DNA of 64,000 nt, taken from assembly GCA_028288625.1 (NCBI GenBank), contig JAQBNI010000089.1, forward strand, positions 9,149-73,148, written 5' to 3'. The first letter of the stretch is position 1; each line of letters begins with the position of its first letter. Below the pieces are notes generated by a model. That model saw only the letters and a list, made by a program, of their open reading frames with translations, searched no databases and had not been told where the DNA came from. The translations under genes were made by a program, and so were the position numbers. The DNA comes from Bacteroidota bacterium (GTDB lineage: Bacteria; Bacteroidota; Bacteroidia; Chitinophagales; JADIYW01). Positions 45,773 through 56,575 of the stretch are shown in pieces.

Positions 45773-47836
45773 TCAATGCTGCATTAATTTTTCCAATATC
45801 TCTATTGCAGATTTTGCGATCACAGTTCCCGGACCAAAAATCCCCGCAACACCTGCCTTATATAAAAACTCATGATCCTGTTTTGGAATTACGCCGCCGC
45901 AAATAACGAGAATATCATCTCTCTTTATTTTTTTTAATTCTTCGATGAGTTCGGGCACCAAAGTTTTATGTCCTGCCGCAAGTGAAGAAATACCGATGAT
46001 GTGCACATCGTTTTCCGCAGCCTGCATAGCGGCTTCTTTCGGCGTTTGAAACAACGGACCAATGTCGACATCGAAACCGATATCTGCAAACGCCGTGGCA
46101 ACAATTTTTGCGCCGCGATCGTGACCATCCTGCCCTACTTTTGCTACGAGAATACGCGGTCGCCTGCCTTCTTTTTCTGCGAAAGCATCCGCTAATTTGC
46201 GTGCGTGTTGAAAATCCGTATTCATTTTTATTTCTGATGAATATACGCCCGATATACTATGTATACTGGCTTTATATCTTCCAAATACTTTTTCTAAAGC
46301 TAATGAAATTTCACCTAAGGTTGCACGCCTTCGCGCAGCTTCCACACTTAATTCCAATAAATTTTTATCTTTATTTTTTGCCGCTAATGTAAGCCGGTCT
46401 AAAATATTGTCTACACTTTTCTGATCTCTTTCAGATCTTATTTTTTTTAACCCGGAGATTTGTTTTTCCCTCACTTCCGCGTTATCAATATCTAAAATAT
46501 CTATCTCCTTATATTCATCCGTTTGAAAAATATTTACACCAATGATGAGATCTTGTCCGCTGTCGATACGCGCTTGTTTTTTTGCGGCTGCTTCTTCGAT
46601 ACGTATCTTGGGAATACCTGCTTCTATTGCCTTTGTCATGCCGCCGTAACTTTCGATTTCTTCAATCAACTCCCATGCTTTCCGCGCAATATCATCAGTT
46701 AATTTTTCAACATATTCAGAACCGCCCCATGGATCTACCGTGTTGCAAATCCCGGTTTCCTGCTGTAGATACAATTGGGTGTCCCGCGCAATTTTAGCGG
46801 AGAAATCCGTTGGCAGCGCCATCGCTTCATCCAGTGCATTGGTGTGCAAAGATTGCGTTCCTCCCAGTGCTGCGGCTAGTGCTTCAATACATGTTCGGGT
46901 TACATTATTAAAAGGATCCTGTTCTGTTAAACTCCATCCGCTGGTCTGGCAATGTGTTCTCAGCATCAAACTTTTTTCAGATTTCGGATTGAATTGCGAA
47001 ACGATCCTCGACCACAATAAACGCGCGGCACGCATCTTCGCGATCTCTTTAAAATGCTGCATGCCAATAGCCCAGAAAAAAGATAATCTCGGAGCGAAAT
47101 CATCGATCTGCAAACCTGCATTGATGCCTGTCCTGATATATTCCAAGCCGTCTGCAAGTGTATACGCCAGCTCGATCTCCGGCGTAGCACCGGCTTCCTG
47201 CATGTGATAACCGCTAATGGAAATTGAATTAAATTTTGGCATATTCTTTCCGCAATATTCAAAAATATCCGAGACGATTTTCATCGAAACCTGCGGTGGG
47301 TAAATGTATGTGTTGCGCACCATGAATTCTTTCAGGATATCATTCTGGATCGTGCCGCTTAGGAATTTTTGTTCAACACCTTGCTCTTCTGCTGCAACAA
47401 TATAAAATGCGAGAACAGGCAATACTGCGCCGTTCATTGTCATGGAAACTGAGATCTTATCCAGCGGAATTTTGTTGAATAATATTTTCATGTCTTCCAC
47501 AGAATCGATGGCAACACCTGCTTTTCCTACATCTCCCGACACATGCTCATGATCAGAATCATAGCCGCGATGAGTAGGAAGATCAAATGCTACAGATAAT
47601 CCTTTTTGTCCGCCTGCTAAATTTTTTTTATAAAAAGCATTGCTTTCTTCCGCCGTGGAAAAGCCTGCATACTGGCGAATTGTCCACGGCTGCTTTACAT
47701 ACATCGTGGAATATGGTCCGCGCAAGAACGGGGGAATGCCTGCCGCATAACCGGTCAGCTTTATTTCAATAGCATTATCTTTTGATTCTTTTGCAGTTAA
47801 TTCTTCAAAAGTGATATGTGAAATATTTTCCGGCAT
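45773..47836 (-). CDS. Methylmalonyl-CoA mutase (catalytic barrel plus C-terminal B12-binding domain)
   Basis: [26 protein letters not shown] and TMNG motifs. The C-terminus has [10 protein letters not shown] (the DxHxxG B12 motif). Confidence 0.9.
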   Translation of the reverse strand: MPENISHITFEELTAKESKDNAIEIKLTGYAAGIPPFLRGPYSTMYVKQPWTIRQYAGFSTAEESNAFYKKNLAGGQKGLSVAFDLPTHRGYDSDHEHVSGDVGKAGVAIDSVEDMKILFNKIPLDKISVSMTMNGAVLPVLAFYIVAAEEQGVEQKFLSGTIQNDILKEFMVRNTYIYPPQVSMKIVSDIFEYCGKNMPKFNSISISGYHMQEAGATPEIELAYTLADGLEYIRTGINAGLQIDDFAPRLSFFWAIGMQHFKEIAKMRAARLLWSRIVSQFNPKSEKSLMLRTHCQTSGWSLTEQDPFNNVTRTCIEALAAALGGTQSLHTNALDEAMALPTDFSAKIARDTQLYLQQETGICNTVDPWGGSEYVEKLTDDIARKAWELIEEIESYGGMTKAIEAGIPKIRIEEAAAKKQARIDSGQDLIIGVNIFQTDEYKEIDILDIDNAEVREKQISGLKKIRSERDQKSVDNILDRLTLAAKNKDKNLLELSVEAARRRATLGEISLALEKVFGRYKASIHSISGVYSSEIKMNTDFQHARKLADAFAEKEGRRPRILVAKVGQDGHDRGAKIVATAFADIGFDVDIGPLFQTPKEAAMQAAENDVHIIGISSLAAGHKTLVPELIEELKKIKRDDILVICGGVIPKQDHEFLYKAGVAGIFGPGTVIAKSAIEILEKLMQH

Positions 47837-47893
47837 TTCCTAAAGATAATAAGAGATAAGAAGTGAAAGTTACCCATAGATAAAATTTAATAA

Positions 47894-49306
47894 TTACTTC
47901 GCGGTGATCTCAATAGTTACTTTAGCGCTTTCCGTAGTTGAAACTTTCAGCAATTGCTTTGCAGCATCAAATTCCTGAGTGTAATGAGCAGTTCCGGTCA
48001 CTGATAAATTCCAGCCATTCGGGTAATATCTCGAAGGAACAAAAATTTCCGTGGGATGTGAAATAGCACTATTGGAAAGATAAGTAAGGTTGAATTTTTT
48101 CGTCGATCTCTCAAATGTAAACCGTTTGATTCTTCCCGCCACCGCTTTCGGGTAAGTACGGATCAGCCATTGCATAATTGGCGACTCTGTTCCATCGACA
48201 TTCAACGGCGCCCATCCGCCATGATCGTTTGCCCAATACGTCCATCCCGCCTGCACAGAATCTGTAAAGACAAAAAGATCGTTGAGAAAATCGCTGTAGC
48301 CCGGCAATGTGGGACTTAATCCAAATTCACCCACGATTAACGGGCAATTATATTTTTTCATTTCGCGCGTGCGCTGTGTTTCCCAGCTTATCAATTGATC
48401 GTGAGCCGGCGCATCGTATGGACCGGGAACTGCTTCGACAAATAACGGATAACAATGCGGGGCATACGCCAAATGCGGGATACTGCGCGTATCGCTCACT
48501 TTCTGCAATGCCGATGCGAGCCCATTGTTTACACCCAATGAAGTAGGTTCGAAGAATAAATATTTATCGTTGTCTACTGTCCGGATCGCTGTGATCAGTC
48601 TTTTATAAAAATCGCGCAACTGTCCTAATTCAAAATTGCCATTTAAGTTATTGACCAGATCACCGGCGTATGGCTCATTCATCAGATCATAGCCAATCAC
48701 CGCAGGATTATTTTTAAAACGTTCGGCAACTTTTTTCCAAGCCATCATGTAATGATCCTGTAATTCTTTATAGGTTGTATACTGCCAGAAATTTTGAAAA
48801 CATGCGGATACCGCAGGATCCAAGCTTTTCAAAAACCATGCAGTACCATAAGGGTTATTGGTGTTTACAGGATAACCGTTGGGACGCAATGCCCATGCAG
48901 GAGCGCCATCACCGCCGAATTCGATGGAATAAAGATCCTGGTGCATATCGAGAAAAACGTGCATGTTGTGCGCGGCATACCAATTTACGCGTTGTTCAAT
49001 TTTGTCGAGATAAGTTTCATCAAAAACTCCCTGCTGCGGTTCGATGGCATCCCAGAAAATCAAATACCTGTCGGCGCTAAAACCAAAAGAGTCTGCTTCT
49101 CTTTGCACATCACTTTCCTGTATCCATGGTTGGCGTTCGGGATCTGCCTTCGCACTTCCTGTTGTATTTACTCCGTGAATGATGAGCTGCCTGCCATATT
49201 GATCCTGGAGAATTGATGGATCATCCGTAAAAGTATTTACACTGCTTTCTTTTTTGCAGGAAAGAACAAATAAGAGGAATGAAAAGTATAAATATTTTTT
49301 TCGCAT
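47894..49306 (-). CDS. GH5 glycoside hydrolase lipoprotein, endoglycoceramidase-like
   Basis: Lipobox (FVLSC). Acid/base NEP (DLMNEP) and nucleophile GEFG are present. LDMHQDLYS and the N-terminal GRQLIIHGVN...WDAIEP region resemble EGCase-type GH5 enzymes. Confidence 0.75.
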   Translation of the reverse strand: MRKKYLYFSFLLFVLSCKKESSVNTFTDDPSILQDQYGRQLIIHGVNTTGSAKADPERQPWIQESDVQREADSFGFSADRYLIFWDAIEPQQGVFDETYLDKIEQRVNWYAAHNMHVFLDMHQDLYSIEFGGDGAPAWALRPNGYPVNTNNPYGTAWFLKSLDPAVSACFQNFWQYTTYKELQDHYMMAWKKVAERFKNNPAVIGYDLMNEPYAGDLVNNLNGNFELGQLRDFYKRLITAIRTVDNDKYLFFEPTSLGVNNGLASALQKVSDTRSIPHLAYAPHCYPLFVEAVPGPYDAPAHDQLISWETQRTREMKKYNCPLIVGEFGLSPTLPGYSDFLNDLFVFTDSVQAGWTYWANDHGGWAPLNVDGTESPIMQWLIRTYPKAVAGRIKRFTFERSTKKFNLTYLSNSAISHPTEIFVPSRYYPNGWNLSVTGTAHYTQEFDAAKQLLKVSTTESAKVTIEITAK

Positions 49307-49309
49307 GAT

Positions 49310-50083
49310 TTAGAAATAAATTTCACCGGTAAGATAGCAAACAGCTTTGCCGCTCATTTCTACGCGGTCGTTTAAATTCTTGCATTTGAAAAATGCAGTT
49401 CTCCACGATAACTGGTGTGCGATCAATTCCTGTTTTTGTAACTTTTCTGCCCAATACGGAATTAAAACGCAATGTGCCGAACCTGTTGCCGGATCTTCGT
49501 TTACGCCGGAGTTAGGTGCAAAAAACCGGGAAACAAAATCTACCTTATTTCCTTTAGCAGTAATGATGACTTGTTTATCAATATTTTTTATTTTTTGGAA
49601 ATCAGGTTGAAAATTTTGGACAACTTCTTCTGATTCCACTTCAACCAAATATTTTGTTCTGCCTTTGCGCACGTTCAATGGTTTTAATCCAAGATTTTCT
49701 TCCAGCATGGATACGTCATCAACGGTAATTCCTGCATCTGCGGGGAAATTCAGCGTAATGTATTCTCCTTCTTTTTTCACCATGAGATCGCCGACCTGGC
49801 AGGTAAAATGAATTTCTTCTCGGTCGTAATTCATATAATTAAACAGCACGAAAGCGGAAGCCAATGTTGCATGACCGCATAGTTCAATTTCAACAGTTGG
49901 CGTAAACCACTTGATGTGGTATTTATCTCCTTCCTTTACAAAAAAAGCAGTCTCCGCCAGATTATTTTCTGCTGCGATCTGCTGCATCGTTTCCACCGGC
50001 AGCCATTTTTCCAATGGCACCACTGCTGCAGGATTTCCTTTAAAAACCTGGTCTGTGAATGCGTCTAATTTATATATTTTCAT
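49310..50083 (-). CDS. PhzF-family isomerase
   Basis: DAFTDQVFKGNPAAVV N-terminus, NLAETAF, CGHATLA and a C-terminal DPATGSAHC. Confidence 0.85.
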   Translation of the reverse strand: MKIYKLDAFTDQVFKGNPAAVVPLEKWLPVETMQQIAAENNLAETAFFVKEGDKYHIKWFTPTVEIELCGHATLASAFVLFNYMNYDREEIHFTCQVGDLMVKKEGEYITLNFPADAGITVDDVSMLEENLGLKPLNVRKGRTKYLVEVESEEVVQNFQPDFQKIKNIDKQVIITAKGNKVDFVSRFFAPNSGVNEDPATGSAHCVLIPYWAEKLQKQELIAHQLSWRTAFFKCKNLNDRVEMSGKAVCYLTGEIYF

Positions 50084-50165
50084 TTCTGTTAAAGTTAATA
50101 ATTACAAGTTAGCCGTTATAAGTTATTAGTTGAAATAATAATTAATTCTACAATTTTACAATTCC

Positions 50166-51773
50166 CTAATTGTATAATTCAAACAATTTTTCCACGCAAC
50201 GCTCGCCATCCATTGCGGCGCTCATAATTCCACCCGCGTAACCCGCGCCTTCTGCACACGGAAACAATCTTTTTGTGGTAACATGTTCGAGCGTTTCTTT
50301 ATCGCGGGGAATTTTTACGGGTGATGAAGTACGGCTTTCTACACCGATGATCTGTGCATCGTTGGTTAAATAACCGCGCATTTTTTTACCAAAAGATTTA
50401 AATCCTTCCTGCAAACAAAAAGCAATCGATGAAGGCAAAAAGTCGCGCATTTCGACAGCAACTAATCCCGGCTGGTAAGATGTCTCCAAAAGTGATGAAG
50501 ATATTTTCTTATTTACAAAATCCTGCATTCTTTGCGCGGGCGCAACTTGTGTTTGTCCTGCAACCTGCCACGCTTTTTGCTCAACCGACTTTTGGAATTC
50601 CATGGCTGCCAGCGCGCCAAACTTTTTAAAATTTTTCCAATCGTTTTCATTCACCTCCACGACCATTCCCGAATTTGCAAAACGCGAATCTCTCTTTGAC
50701 GGCGACATGCCATTTACTACAATTTCACCTTGCTGTGTTGCAGAAGGAACTATAAATCCGCCGGGACACATACAAAATGAAAATACTCCTTTTTGAGAAT
50801 GATCAATTGAAACCTGTTCTGTTAAACTGTAAGATGCTGCAGGCAAATATTTACTGCTGATGTTTCCGTGATACTGTATGCTGTCGACCAGCTTTTGCTG
50901 GTGCTCTATGCGAACGCCCAAAGCAAATGGTTTTGATTCGATGAGTATATTTTTATCCTGCAATAATTTAAAAATATCGCGTGCGGAATGACCTGTGGCA
51001 AGGATGATGCCGATACCTTCCATCCCCCTCGATCCCCCTTGATAAGGGGAAAGGCTGTGTGCATGCTCTACATTTTCTGTTACAACACCTTTCAGAATAT
51101 TTCCTTCTAAAATGAAATCAATCACCCTGGTATTAAAATGAATTTCGCCGCCTGCATCTAAAATACTTTTGCGCAATTCTGAAACTATTTTAGGTAATTT
51201 ATTGGTGCCGATATGTGGATGCACTTCTGCGAGAATATTTTCACTTGCACCGTGAGCCACGAGTATTTCCAAGATCCTTCGGATATCTCCGCGCTTTTTG
51301 GAACGCGTATATAATTTTCCGTCGGAGTATGTTCCTGCACCGCCTTCACCAAAGCAATAATTCGAATCGGGATTGACAATATTGTCTTTATTGATATTTG
51401 CAAGATCGCGGCGGCGTTCTTTTACATCCTTACCGCGTTCTATGATCACAGGTTTTATTCCCAGTTCAATTAAACGCAAAGCGGCAAACAATCCTGCAGG
51501 TCCTGCCCCAACAATAATTGCCTGCTTGTTCTTACTTACGTTTTTATAATCTCTTTTGTATTGAATAACCGGTTCAGGAATTTCATCTATATAAATATCT
51601 GCAGTAACATTTACTTTGATATTTCTTGAGCGCGCATCTACAGAACGCTTTTGCAAACGGACATGAAAAGTATTTTCATCCTTGATATGTAAATGAGACC
51701 TGAGGTATTGATGAAAATTAATTTCATCAAATGCGACTTCCGGCGGAAGTATGAGTTGTATTATTTTTTGCAT
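50166..51773 (-). CDS. FAD-dependent protein (COG2509-like NAD(FAD)-utilising dehydrogenase)
   Basis: VGAGPAGLFAA dinucleotide motif, GGAGTYSDGKL and ATGHSARD. It contains an in-frame dispersed-repeat segment. Confidence 0.8.
   Translation of the reverse strand: MQKIIQLILPPEVAFDEINFHQYLRSHLHIKDENTFHVRLQKRSVDARSRNIKVNVTADIYIDEIPEPVIQYKRDYKNVSKNKQAIIVGAGPAGLFAALRLIELGIKPVIIERGKDVKERRRDLANINKDNIVNPDSNYCFGEGGAGTYSDGKLYTRSKKRGDIRRILEILVAHGASENILAEVHPHIGTNKLPKIVSELRKSILDAGGEIHFNTRVIDFILEGNILKGVVTENVEHAHSLSPYQGGSRGMEGIGIILATGHSARDIFKLLQDKNILIESKPFALGVRIEHQQKLVDSIQYHGNISSKYLPAASYSLTEQVSIDHSQKGVFSFCMCPGGFIVPSATQQGEIVVNGMSPSKRDSRFANSGMVVEVNENDWKNFKKFGALAAMEFQKSVEQKAWQVAGQTQVAPAQRMQDFVNKKISSSLLETSYQPGLVAVEMRDFLPSSIAFCLQEGFKSFGKKMRGYLTNDAQIIGVESRTSSPVKIPRDKETLEHVTTKRLFPCAEGAGYAGGIMSAAMDGERCVEKLFELYN
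51022..51062. repeat. Dispersed ~40-nt element ATCCCCCT..CCCCCTTGATAAGGGGAAAGGC..TGTGC, intragenic copy
   Basis: It is collinear with 17029-17068. On the coding (minus) strand it reads HAHSLSPYQGGSRGMEG. Confidence 0.65.
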
Positions 51774-51806
51774 AACTGTAGCGTGTTTATCGCTAAAAGT
51801 TTTTTA

Positions 51807-53288
51807 TTAATACGCGCGGGCAAACAGCACACGCTGAGAACTCGGATTGCCCGTTAAAATGCACTTGCCTTCCTCCTGTTCATTGTTCAACGGTATGCAA
51901 CGGATCGTCGCTTTCGTAAGTTCTTTTATTTTGTCTTCCGTCTCTGCGGTGCCATCCCAATGCGCTAAAATAAAGCCCGGTTGCTCATCGAGAGATTTTT
52001 GAAATGCTTCAAAAGAATCTGCTTTCGTGATATTTGTCTCGCGGAATGTTTTCGCTTTATCATACATATTCAACTGGATCTCTTCGAGCAATGTTGAAAT
52101 GCTTTCACTAAAATTATCCAGCGACAAAGAAGCTTTCACTTTTGTGTCTCTTCGCGCCACTTCCGCTACATTATTCTGCAGATCACGCATACCGATCACC
52201 ACTCTCACGGGAATTCCTTTCAACTCATGTTCAGCAAATTTAAAGCCCGGACGCTTCATATCATCATCATCCAGCAGCACTCGTATTCCGGCTGTCTTAA
52301 AATCTGATAACAACTCTTTCACTTTTGCATTTAAGCGTGCATTATCTTCTTCAGTTTTTCCGGGCAATGGAATAATGACCACTTGGTGCGGCGCAATTCT
52401 CGGTGGAAGAATTAATCCTTCATCATCGGAATGCACCATGATGAGTGCGCCAATCAATCTTGTTGAAACGCCCCATGATGTTGCCCAAACAAACTCCTCT
52501 GTATTTTCTTTATTTACAAATTTTACATCGAATGCCTTTGCAAAATTTTGTCCGAGGAAATGCGACGTGCCTGCCTGCAGCGCTTTTCCATCCTGCATCA
52601 GCGCTTCAATGCAATACGTTTCTTCAGCGCCTGCAAATCTTTCATTCGGCGATTTAATTCCCTTGATCACCGGAACCGCCATAAAATTTTCTACAAAATC
52701 CGCGTACACTTCCAGCATTTTTTCCGCCTCAATTATAGCTTCCTGTTTTGTTGCGTGCGCGGTGTGCCCTTCCTGCCATAAAAATTCAGCAGTACGCAAA
52801 AACAAACGCGTTCGCATTTCCCATCGTACCACGTTTGCCCATTGATTAATGAGCAATGGTAAATCTCTATAAGATTGAATCCATTTTTTATACGTGTTCC
52901 AGATGATAGCTTCTGAGGTTGGTCGCACCACCAATTCTTCTTCCAGCTTTGCTTCGGGATCCACCATCAATTTTCCCGGATTTTCCGGATCCGCTTTTAA
53001 GCGATAATGGGTTACGATGGCACACTCCTTCGCGAATCCTTCCGCATTTTTTTCTTCTGCTTCAAAAAGGCTTTTCGGAACAAATAATGGAAAGTAGGCA
53101 TTTACATGTCCTGTTTCCTTAAACATCCTGTCTAAAACATCACGCATATTTTCCCAAAGCGTATAGCCATATGGCTTGATGACCATGCAACCGCGTACAG
53201 CAGAATAATCTGCCAAACCACCTTTAAGGACAAGGTCGTTGTACCATTCCGAATAATTTTCTTTCCTGCTTGTAATCCCTTTACTCAT
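51807..53288 (-). CDS. proS: Proline-tRNA ligase (archaeal/eukaryotic-like type)
   Basis: Class II motifs ([17 protein letters not shown]) and a C-terminal Zn-binding-type domain ending in ...RVLFARAY. Confidence 0.95.
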   Translation of the reverse strand: MSKGITSRKENYSEWYNDLVLKGGLADYSAVRGCMVIKPYGYTLWENMRDVLDRMFKETGHVNAYFPLFVPKSLFEAEEKNAEGFAKECAIVTHYRLKADPENPGKLMVDPEAKLEEELVVRPTSEAIIWNTYKKWIQSYRDLPLLINQWANVVRWEMRTRLFLRTAEFLWQEGHTAHATKQEAIIEAEKMLEVYADFVENFMAVPVIKGIKSPNERFAGAEETYCIEALMQDGKALQAGTSHFLGQNFAKAFDVKFVNKENTEEFVWATSWGVSTRLIGALIMVHSDDEGLILPPRIAPHQVVIIPLPGKTEEDNARLNAKVKELLSDFKTAGIRVLLDDDDMKRPGFKFAEHELKGIPVRVVIGMRDLQNNVAEVARRDTKVKASLSLDNFSESISTLLEEIQLNMYDKAKTFRETNITKADSFEAFQKSLDEQPGFILAHWDGTAETEDKIKELTKATIRCIPLNNEQEEGKCILTGNPSSQRVLFARAY

Positions 53289-53408
53289 CTTTTTTAATAA
53301 TTACGTGTTAATTAACATAGTTTGGTACGTTTTTTGAAACTCATTATGTGTAATTTTGGTTTTAAAATTACAAGATTTAAGATTGCCAAAAGATTAAAAG
53401 TATATCCC

Positions 53409-54362
53409 ATGAAAAAAATAATTGCTTTGTTCGCTATTATCCTATCTGTTTCCCAGTTTCCTGTGCAAGCCGGCGATGATGTATATGATGCTCCGAAAGA
53501 AAAACAAATAAGGGTGAAACAGGAAAGACCAGCTCCTGAAGAAAGGACTGTTCCGGAAGAAAGAACTGTGCCTTATGAAGAAGAAAATTCGACTTCAAGA
53601 ACTCAATCTTCAACCTACAATAATCAAACCGATAACTATAATAACAGCAATAATAGCTACGATAATAATTATTCTTCCGATGAGTGGAATTACAGTTATT
53701 CAGACAGGCTGAGAAGATTTCATAATTCGTCTGTAAGATTCAGCTATGGCTGGAGTGTGTGCAATAATTCATTTTATGATCCATGGAATTCTTACGGTTT
53801 TCAGCCGGCTTATATTACACCAAGCTGGGCATATACTTACAATGATTTTTATAACCCGTTCTGGCAGAGCAGCACAGCCGTAATGTATGATCCGTGGGGT
53901 TATCCATCTTATTCTTATTACAATCCTTACAACAGCTGGTATTCTCCGACGTGTTCATCAATAATATATAACAACGGCTATCCGTATGGTGGCGGTTATG
54001 GCGGATATTATGGCGGGGGTTCTGAGGCTAGTCCGAGAAATACATATAGTGGTCCGAGAACAGGCGGATACAGCAATACAAATTCTTATCCGAGGGGATC
54101 AAACTATACAGGATCATCAAATACAAATAATTCGGGAATACAGAATAACAACCCGCAAATTGCGCCGGCGAAAAGATGGAACAATGCAGGAAATAATTCA
54201 AACACCTATAAATACAATAATCCCAACACGAACCGGGGAAATTCAAATACACAAAGAAATGAACCGGCGAACCCTTCCAACAATAACAACGGATGGGAAA
54301 GGAACAATAACAATTCCAATAACGGAGCGGGTGGAATTAAGATCGGAACCCGACCAAAATAA
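53409..54362 (+). CDS. Secreted Asn/Tyr/Ser/Gly-rich low-complexity protein
   Basis: Start at the ATG at 53409 (MKKIIALFAIILSVSQFPVQA, a signal peptide). It has a direct repeat PEERTVPEERTVP, a YGGGYGGYYGGG segment and long N-rich tracts. Confidence 0.65.
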   Translation: MKKIIALFAIILSVSQFPVQAGDDVYDAPKEKQIRVKQERPAPEERTVPEERTVPYEEENSTSRTQSSTYNNQTDNYNNSNNSYDNNYSSDEWNYSYSDRLRRFHNSSVRFSYGWSVCNNSFYDPWNSYGFQPAYITPSWAYTYNDFYNPFWQSSTAVMYDPWGYPSYSYYNPYNSWYSPTCSSIIYNNGYPYGGGYGGYYGGGSEASPRNTYSGPRTGGYSNTNSYPRGSNYTGSSNTNNSGIQNNNPQIAPAKRWNNAGNNSNTYKYNNPNTNRGNSNTQRNEPANPSNNNNGWERNNNNSNNGAGGIKIGTRPK

Positions 54363-54379
54363 TTTTTTAAATACTGACA

Positions 54380-55903
54380 ATGCGTAAACAAGTAGTAATA
54401 TATAGCTTGCTCTCTATTTTAGTTTCCTTTTCGTATGCACAAACGGACGTTGATGCATTGCGATATGCAATGCCGTCGGTACAGGGAACTGCCAGAAATA
54501 TTGGATTGGGAAATACGATGGGTACAATCGGTGCCGATGTAAGCGCACTTTCTACCAACCCTGCGGGAATCGCTAAATTCAGCAGTACGGAATTTACTTT
54601 ATCGCCTGCAATTTCCATCAACAAATCAACATCGGATTATCTCGGAAACAGCACGAATAACAGCAAGGTAAAATTTCAACTCACCAATTTCGGCATCGTA
54701 GTTGTGGGTAAATATGCAAAAGAAGATGCAAGCAAAAAATGGAACGGAATAAAATTCGGGTTCGGGTTAAACAGGCTTGCCAATTACAACGATCAGTATT
54801 ATTTCAGCGGCTTTAACAACAAAAACAGTTTGCTGAATGCATATGCGATCAACCTTTCTGACCCCGCTGTTATAAAGACTGAAAATGATGCGGCAACATT
54901 AAACCCGTTTGATGCAAGTATTGCATATCAACTGGGTTTGCTAAGTTCCGCTCATGATAGCCTTGGAAATATTTATACCAGCGGAGGCTCTAATTTAATT
55001 TTTCCGGCAACCACCGGAAATATGCAGCAGGATTTTTCGATTCTGAAAAGCGGCGGCATGAATGAGTTAGCCATCGGCTTTGGAAGCGCTTTTAAAGACA
55101 AGCTCATGATCGGCGCATCGATCGGAATTCCTATAGTTAATTATACGGAACGGGTTACTTTAAAAGAAACAGAAACAAGTGTACCTAACCCCGATCTCAA
55201 CTCATTTACAAATGAAAGTGTTTTAAAAACACGAGGCGTAGGTTTCAATTTAAAAGTTGGTATTATCGCTATGCCCGTAAGTGCACTTCGCATATCGCTT
55301 GCCGTTCAAACCCCGGGAATTTTATTTATGAGAGACCAATTCGCTACACATATGGAAGCGGAGTTCGACAGCCTTAATGTTATCCTCACCGGAGATTCAC
55401 CCGAAGGAAATTCGAAATATAAATATGTGCAGCCTTGGAAACTGACTGCAGGCGTTGGTTATATTCATAAATTCGGCTTGATATCTGTAGAGTATGAATT
55501 AAGTGATGCAGGCAATTCAAAATTTAAATTCAGCCAGACAGATGCCGGAACAAAAGATTATGAAAACTATGTCAATAATCAAGTCAAAACAAAGTATGGT
55601 TTATTTCACACGATCAAAGCCGGCGTAGAATTTAAATACAAATTTATGCGCTTACGCGGTGGAGTTCAATACCGCACGTCTCCTTTTAAAAACGGTTCTG
55701 CTCCTTCAGGTATAAATACTTCAGCACTTACTTATTCTGCAGGCATCGGATACAGGGGAAATCATTTCTTTACTGATCTCACCTATGTACAAACCAATTT
55801 CAAAGAACTGTATATCCCATATCAGGTTGGCGCTGATACCCCGAGCGCTACGTTAAGTACAAAAAAACCTGCCATCGTACTTACTATCGGATATAAACTA
55901 TAA
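54380..55903 (+). CDS. Outer membrane beta-barrel, FadL/PorV-like family
   Basis: Signal peptide and an N-terminal motif ARNIGLGNTMGTIGADVSALSTNPAGI, comparable to the PorV-like protein at 59714. The last strand is aromatic-rich (LTIGYKL). Confidence 0.6.
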   Translation: MRKQVVIYSLLSILVSFSYAQTDVDALRYAMPSVQGTARNIGLGNTMGTIGADVSALSTNPAGIAKFSSTEFTLSPAISINKSTSDYLGNSTNNSKVKFQLTNFGIVVVGKYAKEDASKKWNGIKFGFGLNRLANYNDQYYFSGFNNKNSLLNAYAINLSDPAVIKTENDAATLNPFDASIAYQLGLLSSAHDSLGNIYTSGGSNLIFPATTGNMQQDFSILKSGGMNELAIGFGSAFKDKLMIGASIGIPIVNYTERVTLKETETSVPNPDLNSFTNESVLKTRGVGFNLKVGIIAMPVSALRISLAVQTPGILFMRDQFATHMEAEFDSLNVILTGDSPEGNSKYKYVQPWKLTAGVGYIHKFGLISVEYELSDAGNSKFKFSQTDAGTKDYENYVNNQVKTKYGLFHTIKAGVEFKYKFMRLRGGVQYRTSPFKNGSAPSGINTSALTYSAGIGYRGNHFFTDLTYVQTNFKELYIPYQVGADTPSATLSTKKPAIVLTIGYKL

Positions 55904-55924
55904 ATTTGGGCGAAACGGCATCAA

Positions 55925-56575
55925 TTGACAACAGCATCGCGAAAGTGGAAATTAGCACAGGCGCTCGAATATAAGTGGTGGCAAAATTACCTGCAAAAAA
56001 AAGACGTCAGTAAATACCTTGACTGGAAAAGAAATTACTGGAACAATCTCTTATTATCTCTCTCAGAATATATTGAATTTCCTGTTGGAAAAAATATCCT
56101 CGATGCAGGTTGCGGTCCGGCAGGAATATTTATGGTTCTGTCAGGAAATACTGTAGATGCACTCGATCCGTTACTCGACAGATACAAATCACTGGAGCAT
56201 TTTATTCCCGAAAAATATCCCCGTATAAATTTTATTAATGCGTCCATAGAAGCATTAGATCATGAAGAAAAATACGATCTTATTTTTTGCATGAATGCGA
56301 TCAACCATGTAAATGATATCGAATTGTGTTATGATAACCTTGTGAAAGCTTTAAAGTCCGGAGGATATTTGATTATTTCTACGGATGCACACAGACATGA
56401 ATTTTTAAAAAAGATCTTTCAGTTAATTCCCGGTGATGTGCTGCATCCTGTGCAGCTGAATATTATGGAATACAATACATTTCTTTCAAAAAGAAATATG
56501 GAAACCATTCATGATATTTTATACAAGCGTGAAATGATATTTGATTATCACATCACCATAGCAAAAAAACGATAA
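55925..56575 (+). CDS. Class I SAM-dependent methyltransferase
   Basis: Motif I ILDAGCGPAG, post-I D, and motif II DLIFCMNAINH. The start is a TTG as in the ORF track, with no nearby in-frame ATG. Confidence 0.7.
   Translation: MTTASRKWKLAQALEYKWWQNYLQKKDVSKYLDWKRNYWNNLLLSLSEYIEFPVGKNILDAGCGPAGIFMVLSGNTVDALDPLLDRYKSLEHFIPEKYPRINFINASIEALDHEEKYDLIFCMNAINHVNDIELCYDNLVKALKSGGYLIISTDAHRHEFLKKIFQLIPGDVLHPVQLNIMEYNTFLSKRNMETIHDILYKREMIFDYHITIAKKR

Noticed and set aside
52027-52845. 272-aa plus-strand ORF inside proS, and similar long antisense ORFs at 46740-47207 (in the mutase), 8737-9150 (in gldL) and 6289-6672 (in gldN)
   Set aside because: The opposite-strand genes are unambiguous conserved proteins. 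The antisense products are Ser/Cys/Phe-rich with no motifs.
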